A DNA stretch of 64,000 nucleotides, taken from contig OX597834.1 of assembly GCA_951406725.2 (NCBI GenBank), forward strand, positions 15,004,001 to 15,068,000, in the 5' to 3' direction. Every line of letters starts with the position of its first letter. Position 1 is the stretch's first letter. The DNA comes from Octopus vulgaris (taxonomy: Eukaryota). Below are positions 24,197-40,618 of the stretch, piece after piece. Made by a program: the position numbers and the translations under genes. The notes beneath the pieces were generated by a model that did not search any database, was not told the DNA's origin, and saw only the letters and a program-made list of their open reading frames with translations.

Positions 24197-24530
24197 CCGC
24201 ATTTCATGGCCTATAAGACGCACGAGTGCAAGGGCGTGTCCTAGCCTAAGCTATATTTTTGCCAAAAAAATTACCACTAAAATAATGGTTTAATTCCTCC
24301 ACTTACCTGTATTACTATGTTATTACCGGTAACTATTAGCAATTTATTGCATCCTCGTTCGATATAAACATACCGTAGGCGATTGTTCACCAATAGATGG
24401 CAGCACACTTTTTGTAAACAGTATACCATTTTGAGAGGGCTTTGAGCCTACATTGAGTGAATTGGACGCAGGGGGATTTTTAAAGCCAATTTTGGATAAA
24501 AAGGAGCGGCATATATGCCATCAAATACGG
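24197..24530. mobile_element. Tc1/mariner-superfamily (Tc2-like) MITE
   Basis: 25-bp imperfect TIRs CCG(C/T)ATTT..ATGGC..TA.A.G.CGC (20/25 match), TA on both sides, no ORF. Confidence 0.7.
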
Positions 24531-25021
24531 TATATGCATAAATATAATATTTGTGGATATATAGACACTCCGCTTGCTCACATTCTCTCACACATCGTAT
24601 GTCTCTATGTGTGTGTGTGAGTATGTGTGTATGCGTGTGTATGTATGCATGTACGTATATATATATATATATATATAATATATTGATATAGTTTTCTGTC
24701 TATACACAAAAACACACATACACACACATACATACGCACACATCTTTGCGCTCGGAATTTGATAAATAGCTATTTATATCTCCATCTTTGTCTAAATGAA
24801 AAAAAATTCAACAGAACGAATCCAATGTCATGTGCTATGTGATTGTTCCGTTATATTCCCTTATATTTCTTGCAGAAAACGGTGATTCAATCAAAAGATT
24901 ACATCGATACATTCTAGTTCGATCCAGCAAATATACGAATCATGATTGGTTAATGTAATTACTTCGATGTTTTCTCTTAACCCAATTTTGTTTTCTCATT
25001 TCTACTGATGTATTCAACGAC

Positions 25022-25076
<55 letters not shown>

Positions 25077-25109
25077 TATATATATATGTATATATATAGA
25101 TATAGATAC

Positions 25110-25158
<49 letters not shown>

Positions 25159-25942
25159 AATATACATGTGTATATATATATATATGCATATATATATATA
25201 TATATTTATACATACATACGTGCGTGCATACATACACAGGTATATACATATATGCATAGATAAAGAAAAGCAATATGTGTGTATGTAATGTAGTTTTGTT
25301 TCGGTTAACAAATGGCTTTGATTCCGGTGTATTCAATATGTTTCTTTTTTATTTATTTACCGGATTATGCCGTGTTATTGGTTTCTTATATGTAAGTCAG
25401 ATTGTGAAATGCTGGGTTTGAGTACTTCTTTTTCTGAGGGCGGTGGGGGTCTGTCTGTATGATTATTCAGAATTCAGGTAAGCTTGTGCCGGCAAGAAGT
25501 TAGTCTTGTATTTTGCATCTTCGTGTTTCGTGATTCATTTCCACCATCAGAAATTTTGCGAAAGTATCTGCTGACATCGTTTTCGATTGACAACGCCTTA
25601 AAAGAAGCGCTTTGTTGACAGAAGTTCTACCGCTTCCGTTGTAACTACCGCCCCCCCACACACACACACACATACACATACACACAAACATGCATGTGCT
25701 CGGATGGACGCATACTTATATATTTGTGTATATATTTGTATGTGCAAATACAAGGATTGTTGATTCCTGGAGACTATCTACCCATATAATTTAAAGTACG
25801 TTCCAATTACAACAATGCCATTGTTTACTTACTCTACAAGAAGAAGGTTTTAATTAAACCAGAAATTCATATAGCATGGATTTTAATATATTTCGCTCCA
25901 ATCTTTCTTGTTCAAAATACCGCGACAAGAAATTTCATTCAG

Positions 25943-25981
<39 letters not shown>

Positions 25982-26749
25982 CAAAAAGGTGATATATATA
26001 TATACCACAGGAGGTGTTGCAAAAACTGAATAGATAACTCAACAGATGGATGACATCATCCACGGTCAGAAAAATATATAAACATATATACATATATATG
26101 TATATAAATATATGTGTGTGTATATGTATGTATGTATGTATTTACATATCTTATACACCATGTGCTTTGTAGTTATCAATGAAATGCAAGCCTTGTGTTG
26201 CTCCGTGGCTACAGTGAAAGTCACTTTCTCAACACCAAGTGGCATGCAATAGGACCGAACCCAAGATCACATGATTGGAAAAAAAAAAAACTTCTTTCCC
26301 ACGACACCACGCATGCGCAAATGATTTTTAAGTTTCTTTTCCTGCTTTGTTCTGGCTTTTATATTGTTTCTCCTCTTTTTCTCGCATAGAAAGTAATCAG
26401 CACCGGTTTCTTTATATCCAATATTAACCATCATGAAGTTTGGCAACGAACAAATTATTCCCAAACGTATAACCAAATTAGTTGCGGATCTTCGCGCTGA
26501 TGCGCATGCATTCTTATCTCCTCCTCCTCCTATTCTTCTCTCCCTCCACCACACAACATTTACAAAACTTGTAGAAGAATAATTGATAATAAATAAAAAC
26601 AGACGAACGAACTGTTAAGCTGTTAACAATCCAATACGCGAGTCCTGAGAAAACACAGACTGCTTATAAATACTTCAATTCAAAGCCATTTTGAAATTAG
26701 CCAAAACTTTAGCGTGTAACTAAGCTTTGCAATGAATTAAATAATATAC

Positions 26750-26800
<51 letters not shown>

Positions 26801-26811
26801 TAGATAGATAG

Positions 26812-26845
<34 letters not shown>

Positions 26846-26852
26846 CATATAC

Positions 26853-26972
<120 letters not shown>

Positions 26973-27033
26973 TATATACATATATATATATATATATATT
27001 TGCATTCGTACATAGATGTATATATATATACAC

Positions 27034-27120
<87 letters not shown>

Positions 27121-27167
27121 TTCGTACATAGATGTAGACATATATATATATTTATGCATTCATACAC

Positions 27168-27224
<57 letters not shown>

Positions 27225-27658
27225 AGTATAAACCCTTGAGAATGCTTGTTCGTATGTAATTACGTTATTGGTACGACATTTGAAGGAATCTTTCCAATAT
27301 ACAATTGCTGCCAAATATATGTCCAATGCTTAGATTATCCTCATTTGTTAGTATCGAGTGCGTCTCTGTGTGTTTGGATGTGTGTACATGTATAGCAATA
27401 CAGACAGGTAGATTTACGTATATGTATATACATACATGCCTTATATGTAAATAAATAAATAAATACATAGATAAATATATGTATGTGTTTCTAAGTTTGT
27501 CTGACCAGAACTGCATATATACATCCCTCTATGTATGTGATGATAGATAGACAGATGCCTATATGAATTATTTTAGATCAATTGCAAATTCAGGACACAT
27601 TTGCAGTCTTCCAGTTGCAGTTTTCAATACGTCAATTATATCTATCTATCTATATATA

Positions 27659-27739
<81 letters not shown>

Positions 27740-28029
27740 CTCGATCTATGTATCTATCTATCTATCTATCTATCTGTCTATATATATATATATATATATA
27801 TATACAATTATTATTAAAGTTGGCAAAATTATCACAGAATTATCCGATGAACAGTAACGTGAAACTCGGAGTAACAGTTCTATGATAATTTTTGCAGCTT
27901 TAATAAAATGCATATCACACTGCCTTCGGTAATCGTGTAATATTTTCTTCTACTTTCCTCTATATATGTGTATATCTATCTATCTATCAACCTATATATA
28001 TATATATATAGTATGAAATTACCAATCTT

Positions 28030-28330
28030 ACTCGAGTACCTGCAGTAGGATGAACTCCACCAAAGGCATCCAAGGATCTGGCAATTGTGTTAAACTGGGC
28101 GAATGATTACATCTACCATCCAAGATGATACAATGCAAGGAGCTGGATCAGATATGGCAAGGGATCTTTCAAACCAATCTAGTGCGACGTTCTAAAATAA
28201 TATACGAACAATTCTAAATCCTTAGCCTGCTTTTGTACCTTTCGTCTCCAACCTTGAAAAATGAAAGGGATATATAGTTATCGTGTAAAGAGTTGGATGT
28301 AATACATCTTGCCATTTTTTCCTATTTTCT
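28030..28330 (-). pseudogene. Possible heavily decayed CR1/L2-like LINE 3' region
   Basis: Minus-strand fragments RYKSRLRI*N and LERR resemble the Y..RL..L.L..LE.RR motif; weak. Confidence 0.3.
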
Positions 28331-29017
28331 AAAATCCCTGATAATTTCTTGCCTCTGAAAAGGGAATGAAGGCTATGCCAAAGTATATGCCAAGGCTATT
28401 GATCGTTAATAAATATTTGACTGTCATTGAACGATAGATGACGATGAATGGTGATGGTGTCTACAAAGTTTTTGTTTTGAGATTAAAGGATTTGTATTTA
28501 TATAAAATATGATTGTCATGGAATGCTAAAGTGGATCATATGGTTTTCAACAAACCCTTGTATGTCAACGTAGAACACCAGATTTGTAAGGGCCAAGAGT
28601 TTATATAAACAAGTATGAACAAGCCATAGGGCCAGAAACCACCTTCTGTTGCACCGCACCATTTTGAAATAACACACAATTATTGAGACTTAACAAGGGC
28701 AAAGAATTCTGGCAACAAGACTTTTAAACGTTAATTTAATTGTGATTATCTACGTTAAGAAGAGCTGAACGAGCGTGTTGATTCGTTGGCACACCGGGCA
28801 AATTTCTTAGCGGCATTTCTTCCGGCTGTTTACGGGTGATTGCTTTTGCCTTTCAACATTTCAGGTTCGCGACAATAAGTACAAGTTCAGCACTGGACTG
28901 AACGTAAAAAACTTGCTCCTTAGAAAATTACTATTGTGAAAAGTCGGGCTGCATCCGAAAAAATATATATTATGAAAGAAAAATAAACACAAAATTTATT
29001 ACACGAATCTGTTACTA

Positions 29018-29243
29018 CCTATTTCTTTACTACCCACAAGGAGTTAAACACAGAGGGGACAAACAAGGACAGACATAGGTATTAAGTCGATTACATCGAC
29101 CCCAGTGCATGACTGGTACTTAGCTTATCGACCCCGAAAGGATGAAAGGCAAAGTCGACCTCGGCAGAATTTGAACTCACAACGTAACGCAGACGAAATA
29201 CCGCTAAGCATTTCGCCCGGCGTGCTAACGTTTCTGCCAGCTC
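29018..29243 (-). mobile_element. SINE family A monomer
   Basis: One unit plus head. Confidence 0.9.
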
Positions 29244-30196
29244 TACCACTACGACAGTCAACTATTTGACGCCGAACACGAGTTTGATGTTGAATACCTC
29301 CACGAATTTTCTGCTCAGATTGCTCTTCCCAAGACTGCAAGACATCTTCGTGCAATTCATGCCTCGTTGTAGGGTTTTTCAGTTCAACTTTATCGGCCTA
29401 AACTTTGAAAATACCTTCATCTAAATTTAATAATGATTCTGCTAATTCCACGTGTAAACATGTGTTGAATAGAACTCACTGAATAAATCTTAATTAACTG
29501 TGTTGTCAATTGTATGCACCTGACATATGCTAACGTGTATGCAGCCAGACTTTTCACACAGAGGATATTTTTTAATATCACTACGAGAGATATTCAGCAA
29601 CAGTATAATGGAGTACAGATTATTTACCAACATAACATGGTAGTCCTGGTTTAAGACTAATGTTGCTGTTATTTAGCTGAATGGGCGTGCTAGATTCCCT
29701 TGTTCGAAAATATAAGGATACAGATCATGTCGTTTATCCAGGTGGAGACGATGTCTCCTGGGGCTAAATTACAGCAACATTCGTCCTAAACCAGGACAGC
29801 CATGTTATGTTGGCGAATAATCTTTCCTCGAACTTGCTCCTATCCGCAATATACATTTCAAAATATATAAATATACACCTATACGCGCATATATAAATGC
29901 ATATGTCCATAAAAGCACACACACATATGTATGCACATATTTTACGTTTTCTCTCAAGTTTAGCATGTGCGTATATGTGATTATGTAGGTGTGGATGTCT
30001 GTATGTATGTGTGTGCGCGCGTGTGTGTGTGTATGAACATGTTTGGGTGCTGTCTAAATATAAAATAACACCATAACAAGGAAAGCGAAGATGTGATTAC
30101 ATCGGTATTCTGGCAATCTTTGTTTTGACACAAATACATATGCACACACATATATGATATATATATATATATATATATACATACACACACACACAC

Positions 30197-30256
<60 letters not shown>

Positions 30257-30470
30257 GTATGTATGTATATGTGTATACATATCTTGCAGACTTCAGATTC
30301 ACTATCTGCGCAACTCATCTCTGCCGATATAATTAAACAACAAAACGAACGCCTAATTTCCTTCAGTTCCAGCTTACGAGACACCTAGATAAACTGACAT
30401 ACATATCTCTGTTACACTTTCTAAGAGTACAACAAAACACAACGAGACAAATATATACATATATATATAT

Positions 30471-30569
<99 letters not shown>

Positions 30570-30616
30570 TATATATATACACATATATATACATACATAC
30601 ATATATATATATACAC

Positions 30617-30662
<46 letters not shown>

Positions 30663-30684
30663 CTATATATAGTTATATATGTAT

Positions 30685-30727
<43 letters not shown>

Positions 30728-31652
30728 TATATATATATATATATGTGTATATATATGTATGTGTATGTATGTACTATATATGCGTTCATCCATACACGCA
30801 ACTAAATTCATCAAATTACGTCTACACATTCGCTGAAAGAGTGAAATAGGATGTAATTATACAGAACGGATTTGTTGCTTAAAATTTATGCGGCACTATT
30901 TTCGATAGAAGAAACATTATATTAACAGATTGGAATGGTGGTCGATATTTAATTTTCTCTTGTCGAAGAATAAGGTCAAAGAAAATGAGATGCAAACTTG
31001 TCTATGTAAGATTTACTCAAGAATCTTAACGATGAAGCAAAGAATGGAATTTTCTTCCAGCAGGGAGACGTTCTATAAAACTTGAGATGTCTGTAGACAA
31101 AATGGCTTCATCTGTATCCGTTTTAGCTCTTACAGTCACAATCGGTTTCAAACGCACATTCACACAATCACATACAGGTATGCGTATATATGCACATACA
31201 CAGACTGTTTGTGTTGGTAGATATTGCCGTTGCTATGTATACGCTTGTTGTTGGGTAACCCTAGTTCAAACTTGATGGAGCAAAAACGCAAGAAGGAAAT
31301 GCATTCAAGTTTTCTCAGAAACTGTTTACTCCAGACACATCAGATCCTTTGTGTCATGTCACTACTTTATCAACGAGCACAAAGCGTGCTTTGAGAGAGA
31401 GAGCATATAGATGTTACTTCTTGTAGGTTCACCGGCGCTTTATAGGGTCTCTATTTAGATTGCGTTACACAGATAAATCGTTAATTTGGACGAATAATAT
31501 TGTTTTGATTTTAGCGTTGGCACAATTTTAAGGAGGTAAAAAGTTGATTACATTGACCATCGACTACCGGCTTGGTAGGACTGGATCACAGAATGTAATG
31601 ATTCGCAGTTATAAACAACAAAAGAGCGTGGTTTGCGGGAGGAGGTATGGAT

Positions 31653-32300
31653 ATTATTTCTTATTTCTTTACTGGGCACAAGGGGCTACACACAGAGGGG
31701 ACAAACAAGGACAGGCAAAGGGATTAAGTCGATTACATCGACCCCAGTGCGTAACTCTTACTTATTTAATCGACCCCGAAAAGAGGAAATGTCAAAGTCG
31801 ACCTCGGCAGAATTTGAACACAGAACGTAACGACAGACGAAATACCGCTAAACATTTCGCCCGGCGTGCTAACGTTTCTTATTTCTTTATTGTCCACAAG
31901 GGGCTAAACATAGAAGGGACAAACAAGGACAGACAAAGGTAGTAAGTCGATTTCATCGACCCCAGTGAGTAACAAGTACTTAATTTATCGACCCCGAAAG
32001 GATGAAAAGCTAAGTCGACCTCGGCAGAATTTGAAATCAGAACGAAACGGCAGACGAAATACCTATTTCTTTGCTACCCACAAGGGGCTAGCTAAACACA
32101 GAGAGGACAAACAAGGACAGACAAACGGATTAAGTCGATTTCATCCACCCCAGTGCGTAACTGGTACTTAATTTATCGACCGCGAAAGGATGAAAGGCAA
32201 AGTCGACCTCGGCGGAATTTGAACTCAGAACGTAACGGCGGACAAAATACCGCTAAGCATTTCGCCCGGCGTGCTAACGTTTCTGCCGGCTCACCCGCCT
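31653..32300 (-). mobile_element. SINE family A tandem trimer
   Basis: Junctions at about 31878 and 32062. Confidence 0.9.
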
Positions 32301-32600
32301 TATGGATATCATTTCTAGCAGGTATCATGGTACACACTATTCATAGAAGATGGCTATTTTGAACATATAACATTTTTTCTTTTTAATTTCGCACGCGGCC
32401 CGCAAAGTGTGTTTTTTGTGGGGTCCGGGTGCGGCAAACGGAAGGACCACTCCGGGTGGTACACACTGTAGCGACGCAAGTGCATATATATATATATACA
32501 TGCACACATACATACATACATACATACATACATACATACATACATAAATACATACCTACATCCATCCATCCATCCATCCATCCATACATACATACATACA

Positions 32601-32648
<48 letters not shown>

Positions 32649-32906
32649 CATAAATATATTGATATACAGCTACGTCCACATAAACTCAAAACAAACATAT
32701 GCAAATAAACTAGTGACATAGTGAGAATCACACAGAGGGAGAGCGAGAGAGAGAGAAAGAGTTACATAGAGTCACATACAGAGGGAATGTGCTACATAGA
32801 GAGAGGGGGAGAGTTGAATAGAGAGAGAGAGAGAGGCACATAGAGAAAAAGAGTTGCATAGAGAGAGAAGTATATATAGAGTCACATAGAGAGGAGGAAA
32901 GAGGGC

Positions 32907-32917
32907 ATGTGTGTGTG

Positions 32918-32983
<66 letters not shown>

Positions 32984-33217
32984 TGTGTGCGTGTGTGTGA
33001 GAGTGTGTGTGAGTGTGTGTGTGAGTGTGTGTGCGTGTGTGTGCGTGTGTGTGCGTGTGTGTGAGTATGTGTGTGTGTGTATGTATGTGTGTGTGAGTGT
33101 GTGTGAGTGTGTGTGTGTGTATGTGTGTGTGTGTGAGTGTGTGCGTGTGTGTGTGTGTGTGTGTTTGTGTGTGTTAGTGTGTGTGTATGTGTGAGTGTGT
33201 GTGTGTGTGTGTGTGTG
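32907..33217. repeat. (TG)n microsatellite preceded by an (AG)-rich tract
   Basis: Direct reading. Confidence 0.95.
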
Positions 33218-34819
33218 CAAAAATACCAACATGACGTCTGTAGAAAAAACGGAAAATGGAATTGAAACAACCGAATTAAATGCTTCGATATACTACCCAA
33301 GGGTGTGAAATGACAATAGAAATACTGTGATGTTTTTTTTTAATAAGACAAAAAGAAGGAAAAATGGAAAAATATATTTTATTCTCACTCAGGAGGAAAG
33401 ACTCTCTCCATGCCTTATTACCAGACCGCCAAGCTAAATGAGGGGGCAGCGACGAAGATGCCCTCAAAGCGGAGCCACGACACACTGCATCCTACTAAAG
33501 TTCCCCACGTCTCTAGATGCCGATATCAAACGCATAAACTTAAAAGTCTATCAACTAATAGGATAGACCTCGTGGAATGGAGACGATTACATTGAGGCGC
33601 CAGCAACGGAAATGTAGTAAAATCAGTGCTAACGTCTATAATGTAAAGCTGTATCAGAAAACCTAACTAGAATAAATTATACGGTAGGGAAAAGCAATAT
33701 TAGTCAGCGTCTAATATTATTTTTATTGATTCCAACTATAAATATATTTGTTATTGCCTTTTACTTAGAGTTTGCATATCTACACAAAGACAATCAGTTT
33801 AAATACCATTGTAAACACCTATTTTCCGTTCGACTCGTTCAGGTTTTATTATAACCTTACAGTCTGAAGTTGTGAATCTACACAAAAGCCAAAAAACAAT
33901 TAGATTTAAATTACGGTAAATACCTGTTCTCCGCTTTCCATTTCTAGTTTGCTTATCATTGCATAGAAATAGAATATAAATGGGGTTTTATAAAGCAAAT
34001 CAGAAACTGCCTATTGCCTTGTATTTCGTATTTTCTATTCAAAATTTGCAGCATTGAGAATAAAACGTTCCTTCCTGTGTGTTCAATTTTAACTCAATTT
34101 CACAAGACGAAGTATAGTCGTAAACTGAGAAGTGGTACTTTTAATTTTAACTTTACAAGGTTATACCTAATTAGATTATAACAAAGATATCCTGGAATAT
34201 AGAACTATTCCAGGATATCTTGACCAGGTTTTGTTCCATATTAAATGTTTATATCAAACCTGTATCAAAGTTTTTAGTGGACGTACATGAGTACATACGT
34301 GGTCAAGAAAATTAAGGGAATTAAATGATACTGAATATAGCAAAAGGCACAAGCAAAGCTGTGTGATTACGAAAATCGCTTTACAATCACGTGGTTTTCA
34401 GTTCAGACTCACAGTGACCTTCCTTGGGCAATTCTGCCGATTAAAGCTTTCTGAGTGGGTTACAATAGCAGACATGTCCAAGGTGCCGCGCAGTGTGACT
34501 GAGTAGGAAATCCATGTGGTTACACCCAAAGATAATATGTTGAGTTATATATATATATATGTATGTATATATATATTATTCGGTTATTTCCCAGACCATG
34601 GTATGGGAAATAAGTGAGATGGTAGACGTTTTTAATTTTCATTCCTTTCGAAATGTTATCCTTATTTGGTGGTTTTAAGTTTTCTACTGCTCTTTCTAGC
34701 ACAAGACTTTCCTATTTGGAAACCTCTTATTCTATTTCTATGTGAATAATATATAGTCTAATGACTAATTCGTTTTTGTGCTAGGCCACTGGTAATAATA
34801 ATTTCTTATTATCCTATTA

Positions 34820-34891
<72 letters not shown>

Positions 34892-34946
34892 AGAAAATGG
34901 AAAGGTAACTAATAACATTTTTTATCAGTTATAAAATATGACAACA

Positions 34947-35030
34947 TCTCTGACAGCTGTTTCGATTCAGACATCTTTAGGTAATTAAGTTATAAAATTA
35001 AGATCATTATAAGATGAATCTCTTCGGGGG
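34947..35030 (-). ncRNA. Decayed hammerhead-like motif
   Basis: CCGAAGA-GATTC..GAATC-GAAAC-AGCT-GTC-AGAGA; U4C change and stem I lost. Confidence 0.4.
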
Positions 35031-35750
35031 TAGTAAAGATATACCGATTAGAAAAACATGTTGAGATAACGGCTATAAAACCGTTAACTGGTGGCCTATA
35101 TACAAAAAGAGTTGGTTACAGAAGGTCACAATCTGAAATAGGGGGAGAGGTTAGTATATATCATACTTAAAGAGAGAAAAGAAGAAGTTAATATATCATA
35201 GGGTATTGAGACGGACGAAAGAGAAAGGAAGGCAGGAATCAGTAATATTCATGTATTTATAAATATATAAGAAAAATAACTTATTATTTATGTTTATTAT
35301 AATAATGCAATAAAATTTAATGCAAATAAATAAATAGCAAGTCTAGAATAATACGAGAAGAGAAAATATTAAAAATACAAAATATATCTACGCATCATTC
35401 AAGAAAATTTATTTCAAGCCTTTAAGGCAAAAACATTAATAATAAACTATTAGATAGGAAAGAAAACAAAAATATGACAATGGAAGCAGACAAGGGAACC
35501 GAATGAAAACAAACAGCGAGGGTCCTCAATTTTCTTTTAGAATTTTGGGAGCAACTGTCTTTGAAGACTCATATTGTTATTGAATGCTTGAAATGAGGAG
35601 TAGATAGACAGCTGACAATTGATGAAGAGTCCTTTCTGTGTGTTTACTTGTGTTTTTTATCCATTTTTCTCGTTGTTTACGTATTTAACTCGTTTGTTTA
35701 CGTATTTCATGTTATTTGCACCGTTGGTGACGTCTTGTACCCATATATGC

Positions 35751-35821
<71 letters not shown>

Positions 35822-35832
35822 AATCTACATAT

Positions 35833-35872
<40 letters not shown>

Positions 35873-35927
35873 GATCAGAATAAGTGCAAACGCACGAAGC
35901 ATTAGGCCCTCTGTTGCTTCTTAATAT

Positions 35928-35993
<66 letters not shown>

Positions 35994-36071
35994 GTGTGTG
36001 TGTGTGTATGTGTGTGTGACGTCAACAATATAGACTGTTCGAGAAACTTCAATCACACACACACTCGTGAC

Positions 36072-36118
<47 letters not shown>

Positions 36119-37504
36119 GTGATTGAAGTGTTTCGAATGGTCTTCGCTTCAGAGATACGGTTTAACATATGCACGATTAAAATTTGACATAATTACACAT
36201 TTCTTTGATAAGCTAACATTTTGCCAGCTTTGATAAAGAATCATTTGTTGTCTTCACAACGACAACGACAACAACAACAACAACACTGATAGCTTACAGA
36301 GAAATCTAAATGAGTAAAGACTTGAAAAACAAGAAAAAAAAATAGTCGTATTGGAACATTTATAAAATTACGTCAAAAAAAATTTTAGAAAAGCAGTCAC
36401 GTGTAACAAATATATAAGTAAATAGGTTCTTTCCTCTACAAGAATCTATTTTTAATTAATTTTATAATTGTTTTGATATTTTTTTATGAATAGATAAAAT
36501 TAGACAGCGGCGGGAGCATAATAAATATATTCTGGCCTTGAATTGAGTGATTGTTTTTGCTGATTAAGTTGTTGTTGTTGCTGGTGTTGATCTTGTGTTT
36601 TGGGTTGTTGTTTATTTATTTATTTATTTATTTGTTTGTTTGTTTGTTTATGTTTTTTTGTGGTACAGTGTAGAAGTTATCTCCTTGAGTGGGCGAGTTT
36701 AATTAACGAAGATATAGGAAGAACCATAAATAATGACGCCTGCAAAGTAGACGAAGAACCGATAGGCAGAGAAGAAGCCTAATAGTAAAGATAATAAAGC
36801 GTAAGTATGTCAAAGACTGGAATGGAAAAAGATACAACAGTAAAACAAGAGGCGGATATATGGAGATAAAGCACAACAGAGAAAAACCAAAGACGGATAG
36901 GAAGATAAATGCGACGGAGGAAAACAGAAACAAATATGGCGATTAATAAGGCGGAGGGAAATGGAGAGAAAAGAGTGCAAGGCAGAGAGAACAAAGTGGG
37001 AGAGGGAAGCGAGAGAGAGGGAAAGATGTAGAAGCCGCAGACGAGCTGAAAAAGACCGTTTAAATATTAATAGATTTTTAAGAAATTAATCAAATAGTTA
37101 ATCATTCGTCAGGTAAGAAAATCAAGATAAGCAAAACTGGAAACGTGTTAATAAGACATGTTGTCGTGATTAGTTCGCCTTAATTAACAACAAACTTTCT
37201 AACCTCTGATCTGGAATATCTCGTCTTATTAAATCAACAACGCATTTCTCATCATCACCATCATCATCATCATTCTCTTCTTCGTCTTCTTCTAGTTTTT
37301 CCTTATCTACGTTATAACATACAAACTCATTCTCTCTTCTGATGTTCAGCTATTTACGCTGACTTGTCTATTAACATTGTGGTCACAGCTAATATTTTAT
37401 TCTTACTTGTAGCAACTCATCTCGAAATTGATAGCTCTTAGAACGAACGGATAGAGAGGAAACTTTAATACACTCTCATATTTGCCCTCTATATATATAT
37501 TCAT

Positions 37505-38048
<544 letters not shown>

Positions 38049-38051
38049 CTC

Positions 38052-38116
<65 letters not shown>

Positions 38117-38605
38117 CGTGTGTAAATCTTTAAGTGTATGTGCTCCTGTTAACTTGTGAGTGCATAAATTTACAAGCACAGTGCGATGAAAACATACACA
38201 CACACATAATATATAGACGGCTTATAATACAGTGTTGTCTATGTATGTCTCACTTTGCTTGCATTTCTGTGTCTATAGATTTAGAAGTTGAAATAATTCA
38301 CATACATATCTTAAATAACCTAAATTTCGCTTATGCCTGAACACTGCTTCAAGCTGATATTGCTGTTAAGAGATTAGAGGTACATGCATAGGTAAAAGCA
38401 AACTTTAACTGGAAGCGAGTCTTCGCAAGTATTTAGTTAACGTTTGACAGATGAAAGACGAATGTATATCCGTGAAGCGACTTCATACTCGTAAAATATT
38501 AAAGAATGACTGCTTGTGTGCATGCAATTAACCTCATCTAAAGAAGACGACATCATATGAGACGTTCACATATATATATATACATACATATACATATACA
38601 TATAC

Positions 38606-38682
<77 letters not shown>

Positions 38683-38867
38683 AGTAGTTTCTGTATGAGG
38701 TTTAGTGATGGAAGAGATGAAAGGATAACATGAAGCCGGAGTCAAGTGCACGGTTTGACGAGTCAATTTGATAATGTTTGTTATACATGGTACTGTCTAA
38801 GGTTAGATTAGGTTATTCTTGGTGTTTGTTTTCGTGTCGGCCGGGAAGAATTGTGGAATAGACTTTG

Positions 38868-39341
38868 TGCCGTTACGTTCTGAGTTCAAATTCCGCCGAG
38901 GTCGACTTTACCTTTCATCCTTTCGGGGTCGATAAATTTAGTACGAATTACATACTGCGGTGGATCTAATCGACTTAATCCCTTTGCTTGTCCTTGTTTG
39001 TACCCTCTATGTTTAGCCCCTTGTGGGCAATAAAGAAATAAGAAACATTAGCACACAGGGCGAAATACTTTGCGGTATTTCGTCTGCCGTTACGTTGTGA
39101 GTTCAAATTCCGTGGAGGTCGACTTAATCTTTCATCCTTTCGGGGTCGATAAATTAAGTACCAATTACACACTGCGGTCGATGTAATCGACTTAATCCTT
39201 TTGCCTGTCCTTGTTTGTCCCCTCTATGTTTAGCCCTTTGTGACAATAAAGAAAGAAGAAACGTTAGCACCCAGGGCGAAATACTTAGCGGTATTTCGTG
39301 TGTCTTTACGTTCTGAGTTCAAATTCCGCCGTGGTCGACTG
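38868..39341 (+). mobile_element. SINE family A tandem array (2 full units plus a partial third)
   Basis: GAGTTCAAATTCCG three times; junctions at about 39041 and 39255. Confidence 0.9.
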
Positions 39342-39670
39342 GACCCCACCCGAAAAATTTAAGGCCTCGTAAATAATTGTAAATATCCGTGTCAAGTATT
39401 ATATTGATCAAGAAGGGTCTGTGTATCTTTGGTATTGTGTGCTTAAATATATTCCTATTATTTGTTACCTTCGTTGGAATGCGGCCATTCTCGGGCACCT
39501 CCTTGAAGAGATTAGTTGAACGGATCGAAGCCAGTACTTATAACTTCAAGGCCGTTATTATTCTAGAGGGTTGTTTTGCCGAATTGTTAACATACGGGGA
39601 TATATCCGGACCAACGGCTGACGGCAAACAAAATTGAGTGATAGAAGAAGCACCGAGCATTGTAAGAAAA

Positions 39671-40068
39671 TCTTTATATATGAAAGTAAGGTTGTGTGTC
39701 TGTCTCCTACGATTTAGATTCCTAACTACTCCCACATTTTGCGGTGCAGTTTAACCAAAACCGGGTATCTTATAGTCGTGATTCATATCGAGCCCTTCTG
39801 TGTATTAGCGCGCGTCTACGATGAGTCTACGATTTTAAAAATAATTTACCATCATTTTTTTCCATTTTAATGCATTTTTTTCGCTATTATATAAAGGAAG
39901 TAACTCTCTAAAAATGTCTACGATGAGTCAACGATCAAAAAAAAAATTTACCATAATTTTTTTCTATTTTTAATGCATTTTTTTGCTATTTTTGGGCTAT
40001 AACTCTCTAAAAATGCTTATATAGTTATTTCCCTTACAAACCCGAGCAACGCCGGGCGATACTGCTAG
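39671..40068 (+). mobile_element. Non-autonomous Helitron
   Basis: A|TCTTTATATAT...CCCGAGCAACGCCGGG hairpin (40041-40056)...CTAG|T. Confidence 0.85.
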
Positions 40069-40560
40069 TAATAAATAATGGAGTCGATTGGTCCGACTAA
40101 AAATAATACAGAGCAGTGCCCCAGTATGACCGGAATCTAATGACTGAAATATGTAAAAGATAAAAGATAAACCAGGAGACATCTGTAAATCTAGTCAATG
40201 TCTGTATGCAGTAAGATGTGGCCATCGCATTAGAAAATCAGTAGGTTATTGGGTCTAGAGCGTCGAGGTTGCATGAGAGCATTAAGACTGTATAAGAACG
40301 GCTTTAATTTTTATTTTCTAAGAATTTATTGAAATGATGAAGAGATTAGGAATAAGAAATTGATGTATGTTGCGGAGGAGTGAGTAGCGGATCTTGTAAT
40401 ACACTCGGCAGACATCAACACAGAATCAGATTTAACAATCGGACGCTGAAATAAAGTAGAGGTAATTAGACAGATATAGAATTTCGATTAATGCATTTAC
40501 TACATACGTGTGTCTATATCTATGTATATAGGTATATACATATGTGTGTGTGTGTATATG

Positions 40561-40618
<58 letters not shown>

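Noticed and set aside
32385-32480. GC-rich CGCGGCCCGC island resembling a hAT subterminal motif
   Set aside because: No second terminus or target-site duplication found.
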